34,906 bases of DNA, taken from Pelomyxa schiedti (lineage: Eukaryota > Protista > Evosea). The translations under genes and the position numbers were made by a program. Location of the stretch: the NCBI GenBank assembly GCA_020536535.1, contig JAHLWZ010000975.1:1-34906 (forward strand), in the 5' to 3' direction. Shown here piece after piece: positions 30,822-34,906 of this stretch (position 1 is its first letter; each line of letters begins with the position of its first letter). Under the pieces are notes generated by a model. It was given only the letters and a program-made list of their open reading frames with translations, was not told the DNA's origin and searched no databases.

Positions 30822-31086
30822 CACCCATAATAGTTATGCACAAACAAGTCGTTTCCTCCCTGGTTCATTGCCACTGTTATTTTTTCTTGTAGTAGATTGG
30901 TTTCTGACGCAATTCTGTTGGCGCCATTGACTGATGAACCAAGACACGTTTTAAAGAGTGTGCCCCTCCCATCACCATCTCCCACGAGGGAAGAAGAACT
31001 GTTGCTTTTCACACAGCTCCCTCTCGAGGTAGCTGCTTTGACATTTACTTTCACTCCACTAAATGCGTATATATTAGACAAACTGG

Positions 31087-31581
31087 ATGATTTTGTCATT
31101 TCTGGGATACAAAGACATACTTGTCTGTAAACAGATCTGCAGGAGATGGAGAGTTCCATTCTGTAACAACGGGACCTGGCATCGCTTGTATACTAACCGC
31201 TGGGAGATTCCGCACTTTCCTTATCAGAACGCAACTGACTGGATGTTCTTATACGGAGTGCGCTGCTCAGTATACGAAATGAACCCGATAGAAGGGGTGT
31301 CTCCCTCCCAGTCCCTAGTGACTCAATGTCGGGAAGCAACACGCAACCTTCGCACTAGCACTGCAAGCAGTATTGCCAAGTTGTGGCATAGCCTCATGGA
31401 ACTTTGTACCCCTGCAGACCAGGTTCTTCCTCAAAGTGAACTGGAAAAGTTTATCCCGGATTGGTTGGTTCTCTCGTTGCAATCTGCAAACGTGTTTGAT
31501 ATTAAAACCGATGGTCACATCGAAGGCCTGCAGTGCAGTATAGCAATGTACGGAACCAAAGGTATTATCGTGCCCCCTTAA
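31087..31581 (+). CDS. F-box domain protein. It may have an upstream exon within 30897-31076.
   Basis: The sequence MILSFLGYKDILVCKQICRRWRVPFCNNGTWHRLYTNRWEI matches the F-box consensus (Il.~L...dl.~c~~VCk.W..l..d..lW). The 164-aa ORF ends at 31581. The upstream ORF 30897-31130 overlaps out of frame, which suggests a splice. Confidence 0.45.
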   Translation: MILSFLGYKDILVCKQICRRWRVPFCNNGTWHRLYTNRWEIPHFPYQNATDWMFLYGVRCSVYEMNPIEGVSPSQSLVTQCREATRNLRTSTASSIAKLWHSLMELCTPADQVLPQSELEKFIPDWLVLSLQSANVFDIKTDGHIEGLQCSIAMYGTKGIIVPP

Positions 31582-31620
31582 TGCAACCCTGAATAACCTA
31601 AACTAGAGAATGATAAAACT

Positions 31621-32211
31621 GTGGAACACACTGAGCTCCTTTTATTCCTCTTGTGCGATAGAAATGGCACATCATACTATGATTTGATTGAGTGGACCCT
31701 TACAGTCACAGTAAGTTCATTTATCTCTTCACCCCCCCCAAAACTCCTGTATCTCATCTCATTTCAAACGACAACACGCGAAAAACCCATCTTGCACACA
31801 CAACTGAAAACCAACAGCAAACAACAAACAACAAACAACAAACAAACAAACAAACAAGCTAACCAACCACAACACAAGCACCCGGAGACTGGCTCCACGC
31901 TGGCTCAACTGGACAGCATGTCACTGCGCCGGTTCGGCTCCAACAAGGTGTCTGTGTACTCTGACCCTGCGCTGCCCAACCTGCTCACCACCGCGACTTC
32001 GGCGGAGCTCCGGCCGTTCACGAGGCGTGACCACCGGGGATCGAGCAGGGACCTGTTCTGGGGTGTGTTCTCCAGGCTGCCGCAGGGCCTCGTGGTGTCT
32101 GCTGTGATACACATGCTGCCCCGCCCAGAGAGGGACAACTTGGTGGAGTTCCTGCACGCGTCACCTCACACCTGGACTGACGCTTTTGACGACGCGTATG
32201 GTGCACACTGA
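31621..32211 (+). CDS. Hypothetical small gene with a GC-rich terminal exon containing an F-box-like segment. It probably has 2 exons, with an intron holding a (CAAA)n microsatellite.
   Basis: The 5' exon reads MEHTELLLFLLCDRNGTSYYDLIEWTLTV (donor gtaagt at 31708). The GC-rich terminal exon reads ...HPETGSTLAQLDSMSLRRFGSNKVSVYSDPALPNLLTTATSAELRPFTRRDHRGSSRDLFWGVFSRLPQGLVVSAVIHMLPRPERDNLVEFLHASPHTWTDAFDDAYGAH stop at 32211. Confidence 0.3.
   Translation: MEHTELLLFLLCDRNGTSYYDLIEWTLTVTVSSFISSPPPKLLYLISFQTTTREKPILHTQLKTNSKQQTTNNKQTNKQANQPQHKHPETGSTLAQLDSMSLRRFGSNKVSVYSDPALPNLLTTATSAELRPFTRRDHRGSSRDLFWGVFSRLPQGLVVSAVIHMLPRPERDNLVEFLHASPHTWTDAFDDAYGAH
31815..31858. repeat. (CAAA)n / (ACAA)n microsatellite.
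   Basis: The sequence is caaacaacaaacaacaaacaacaaacaaacaaacaaacaa. Confidence 0.9.
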
Positions 32212-32345
32212 TGTGTTGGTGAATGTGAATCGACTTCAAAAGAAAAAGAGATTGGTTGTGGCTAAAAAACAACAGGAAATTGGAGCAAGATAGAGTGATA
32301 CGGCCGGACAAACAGTACAACATGCGTAGCGCGGTGCAGGGGAAA

Positions 32346-32540
32346 CAACATGGGTTGAAAAAAAAAAAAACCAAAAAAAGATGGGAGGTGTTCACCGGGA
32401 ACCCAGGGTGGTCCGGCCGGACCCACCAACACAGGCTCCCAGCATCCCACAACCGCGGTCCGCGTCGCGTCGCGCCACGAACACAAGGGATTGGTGTCAT
32501 CCCGGTCCGTGGTCACGCGCATCACAGTCCTCGGCCCCAA
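32346..32540 (-). repeat. Copy 2 (inverted orientation) of the ~170-bp GC-rich T-run-terminated dispersed repeat.
   Basis: The A-run at 32346-32368 is the complement of the T-run. 32372-32537 is the reverse complement of window positions 1-160 (cccggtccgtggtcacgcgcatcacagtcctcggcc = reverse complement of ggccgaggactgtgatgcgcgtgaccacggaccggg). It accounts for ORFs 32262-32558(-) and 32018-32500(-). Confidence 0.75.
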
Positions 32541-32687
32541 ATCCGCGTCGCGTCTCAATTCTCATTGAGCGCATCACAATTTCGGGGAAGCAGGATGTCA
32601 GTAAGTCATTCCAGGAATGAACGGTCAGGAGCCTCTTTTTGGTAATGGATCTTTCCATTTAATTGGCGCCCGGTCGGTTTTGTTGGG

Positions 32688-33016
32688 ATGTGCACTCAGT
32701 GCTGTTTTCTCCCATTTGGGAAATGCCGCCGGGGAGTGTTTTGGGAGAGTTCCCCGATGGGAGGGTTTGGGAGAATTTTGGGAGTGATTTGGGAGATCTA
32801 CTACCAGGCTCTGTCTGACTCAGCCGTTTGATCGTTCCCGAAATTGTTCTTGATTCTTTTGATAAGAAGTCAGTGCTGAGAAACGGGCAGACTGGGGATT
32901 GATGATCAAAAAGACTGAGGGAATCATTCTCCCCGAATTCTCCCCTCCCCTCCCAAAAACCTCCCATCGGGGAAAATCCCCGATGGTCGGGTTTTTTACA
33001 GCACTGTGTGCACTTC
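32688..33016. mobile_element. Foldback / MITE-like non-autonomous element. It has roughly 100-bp imperfect terminal inverted repeats, full of TGGGAG / CTCCCA motifs, around a roughly 110-bp core.
   Basis: The left terminus gtgcactcagtgctg (32688-) is the inverted complement of the right terminus cagcactgtgtgcac (-33016). The inner arm ttccccgatgggagggtttgggagaattttgggag (about 32745-32790) pairs with ctcccaaaaacctcccatcggggaaaatcccc (about 32950-32985). No ORF is present. Confidence 0.6.
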
Positions 33017-34192
33017 CCTCAACCAACCTGGTATCGCGTGCTCTATTTTTCTGCCGTGAATCTTACTGAGAACGCTAGATCCAACTCACGTTCCCCGATA
33101 TGGTTGTCCATTTCGGGCAGGTCCGATCTATGCCTCTCATCGAATGTACATGGATTTTCTCTCATTTTTTCCCCCCGTTTCGGTCCCGGCACCGGTTATG
33201 GGTTAAAAAAAGAAAGAAAGAAAGAAAAAAACACACAAACGAAAGTATGGGGTTGTGGTGCATGAAGTTATCCATGTCAATTTAGTCACAAATGGAGGAT
33301 GATCATAGAGGGAGGGGTCCTCTGTGCTCCCCTGGAAGCCCTTCACATTGCATTGCATACATGATGAACTGAGCAATATTAATTGCAGGGGGCAAGTTAG
33401 ACCTAGAAGCGAGTTTATGGTGTCTGCTGTGAGATTCCGGTTCTGTACCGCCAAGTTGCAGCAGCATCAATTGTTTCGGCGATGGTTAATTGCTTGCTCC
33501 TATCTGGCCTGAGACGGCTGTCAGTAGGAGGTAGGACGGATTGTTGTTGCTCGGTCGTAATGGCTTGAGGCATGTTAGACTTGGTATTGATTTTTATGTT
33601 GGCTAACCAAGAAGGTTTTGCTGACGACAACTTGTTGATCTTGAACCTACTATCAAGTGTGAGACTTGGTTTACAAATGAAAACCTACTTGGGGTGCACA
33701 GGCTCTGGAACAAAAGCTCACAAAAGTGTGGTCGCGCGTGGTCTCGTCCTGAGTAGTTACATGAACCCTGTGCCCAGTGTGACTCATTCCATTTCCCACT
33801 GAGCTCCATATTTCTTTCGCGTTGCTGGCATCGAATATTCCTCCTGATACTTGATATCTTCTTGATAATAAATCAGATTGCTGTGTCAAAGAATTGAAAT
33901 CTTACCAGCCAGCTGACAATCAGTCTTGTCAAAACGAACATTGGCATAATGTCAATCACCAGCAGAGGACCTAACTGTTGGGTGTCCCCAGATAACTGAA
34001 CCAAGAAGAAGGATCGATAATGCAACACCCAGCACTGGATTTTGCAAGTGAATTGAAACCAGTGTCATTCAACAACCTAGGGCCCTCATTTTTATGCACC
34101 GATGGCGACGACGATGGCGACGCCGACGTTGAGCAAGTTGTAGCAGGAATTAGAGTAGACGTCCCCAGCGGTGGCACTTCAGAAAACGCCAT

Positions 34193-34372
34193 GCACGTGA
34201 CCACGGACCGGATGACACCAATCCCTTGTGTTCGTGGCGCGACGCGACGCGACGCGGACCGCGGTTGTGGGATGCTGGGCGCCCGAGTTGGGTGGGTCCG
34301 GCCGCACCACCCCAATGGGTTCCATCTTTTTTTGGTTTTTTTATTCGTAATGCCAACACACCGTCAACAAGG
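34193..34372 (+). repeat. Copy 3 of the ~170-bp GC-rich repeat (with an internal 14-bp deletion) plus the shared downstream module.
   Basis: The sequence atgcacgtgaccacggaccggatgacaccaatcccttgtgttcgtggcgcgacgcgacgcgacgcggaccgcggttgtgggatgctggg...ccatctttttttggtttttttatt covers 34193-34343. The shared module cgtaatgccaacacaccgtcaacaa at 34345-34372 matches 238-270. Confidence 0.75.
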
Positions 34373-34595
34373 GAGCACGTAACCTCCAAAAGGAACTGCG
34401 CTGGCCTCCGCACACCACATAAGTCCTTAGTCAAGTCTGAGAGTTTTTGGTCTCAGTCAGTGAAAAACTCCAAAAACATGAAAATCTCTTTGTTTGTCTT
34501 TTGCCCGTTGATGGCACGTTGATTACGGGGAAAGAAAAGGGCCAAAGGTTTTTTTTTCCCCGGAGTTATGGAACATAAAGGTTGATTTGGTGGGG

Positions 34596-34906
34596 TTAAT
34601 CCTCGTCATCCCAGGCGTCGTCATCGTCCTCGTCGTCACTATCGGCGACGGCTATACGCCTGGCGAGAATTGCAGCAACACTGTTGGTTTGGGTATCCAC
34701 TTTCTTTTCAGGAAGGTTGCGTTCCGTTACGGATTTCAGCTGGATACCTTTACTGTAACAGAGTTAGGAAACGGAAAGACTGAAGGAACGAGGGCTTACG
34801 TGATGGAAGACAAAAGATCAGGAGGGACCGTGCTGCCAGGCGTGGACCTCGCACAAGGGGACCTGTATGCTCCCACTACCTTATTTTCAACTCTTAACCC
34901 CACTTA
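34596..34906 (-). CDS. 3' end (last two exons) of a gene running off the window. The C-terminus is ...AILARRIAVADSDDEDDDDAWDDED (acidic tail). Product not identified.
   Basis: The minus-strand translation is ...RSPCARSTPGSTVPPDLLSSI | (intron gtaagccc...tgttacag, about 34757-34803) | TKGIQLKSVTERNLPEKKVDTQTNSVAAILARRIAVADSDDEDDDDAWDDED. The stop codon is at 34596-34598, so coding ends at 34599. Confidence 0.35.

Noticed and set aside
32018-32558. ORFs 32018-32500(-), 32262-32558(-), 32381-32620(+) and 12-297(+), 34020-34382(+), 33971-34315(-).
   Set aside because: All are translations of the three copies of the 170-bp GC-rich repeat. The same peptides recur in both orientations, with T/A-run ends. 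This is repeat DNA, not a protein family.
1-34906. Prokaryotic or phage interpretation (operons, defence islands, CRISPR).
   Set aside because: Domains are split across frames and rejoin through GT..AG segments with polypyrimidine tracts. There are no Shine-Dalgarno-spaced operons and no CRISPR-like repeat-spacer arrays. The ORF track consists of short fragments typical of intron-rich eukaryotic DNA.

Overview
This is eukaryotic nuclear DNA, not prokaryotic. It carries about 16 protein-coding genes on both strands, interrupted by many short GT..AG introns. Most introns are about 39-70 nt; one is about 184 nt and one about 116 nt. Genes are tightly packed, with spacers often under 300 bp, convergent genes 87 bp apart, and a candidate bidirectional promoter. 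Products I could recognise by reading translations are as follows.
- An NT-C2 / coiled-coil / DIL-domain protein.
- A Pro-, Lys/Cys-rich protein ending in a CFI-box-like C-terminal module with a C-terminal hydrophobic anchor.
- A vault-PARP (PARP4-like: BRCT-PARP-VIT-VWA) gene.
- Pyroglutamyl peptidase I.
- A phosphoserine-phosphatase-like HAD hydrolase.
- An NDP-forming acyl-CoA synthetase fused to a C-terminal GNAT (bacterial Pat-like architecture).
- A large ROCO kinase (LRR-Roc-COR-kinase-WD40).
- An NHL-repeat protein.
- A PGAM-type histidine phosphatase.
- F-box(-like) proteins.
- Several proteins of unknown function.
Non-genic features are as follows.
- A roughly 170-bp GC-rich dispersed repeat ending in a T-run, present three times in two orientations.
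- A foldback (MITE-like) element with about 100-bp inverted arms.
- A perfect G-rich/C-rich hairpin flanked by 19-bp direct repeats immediately upstream of the NHL gene.
- Microsatellites.
- Recurrent GC-rich terminal exons in otherwise AT-moderate genes.
The organism is not identified. Vault PARP plus a ROCO kinase plus roughly 45-nt introns suggests a protist or holozoan-like lineage rather than a fungus or plant. All gene models are hand-translated; exon boundaries are approximate.
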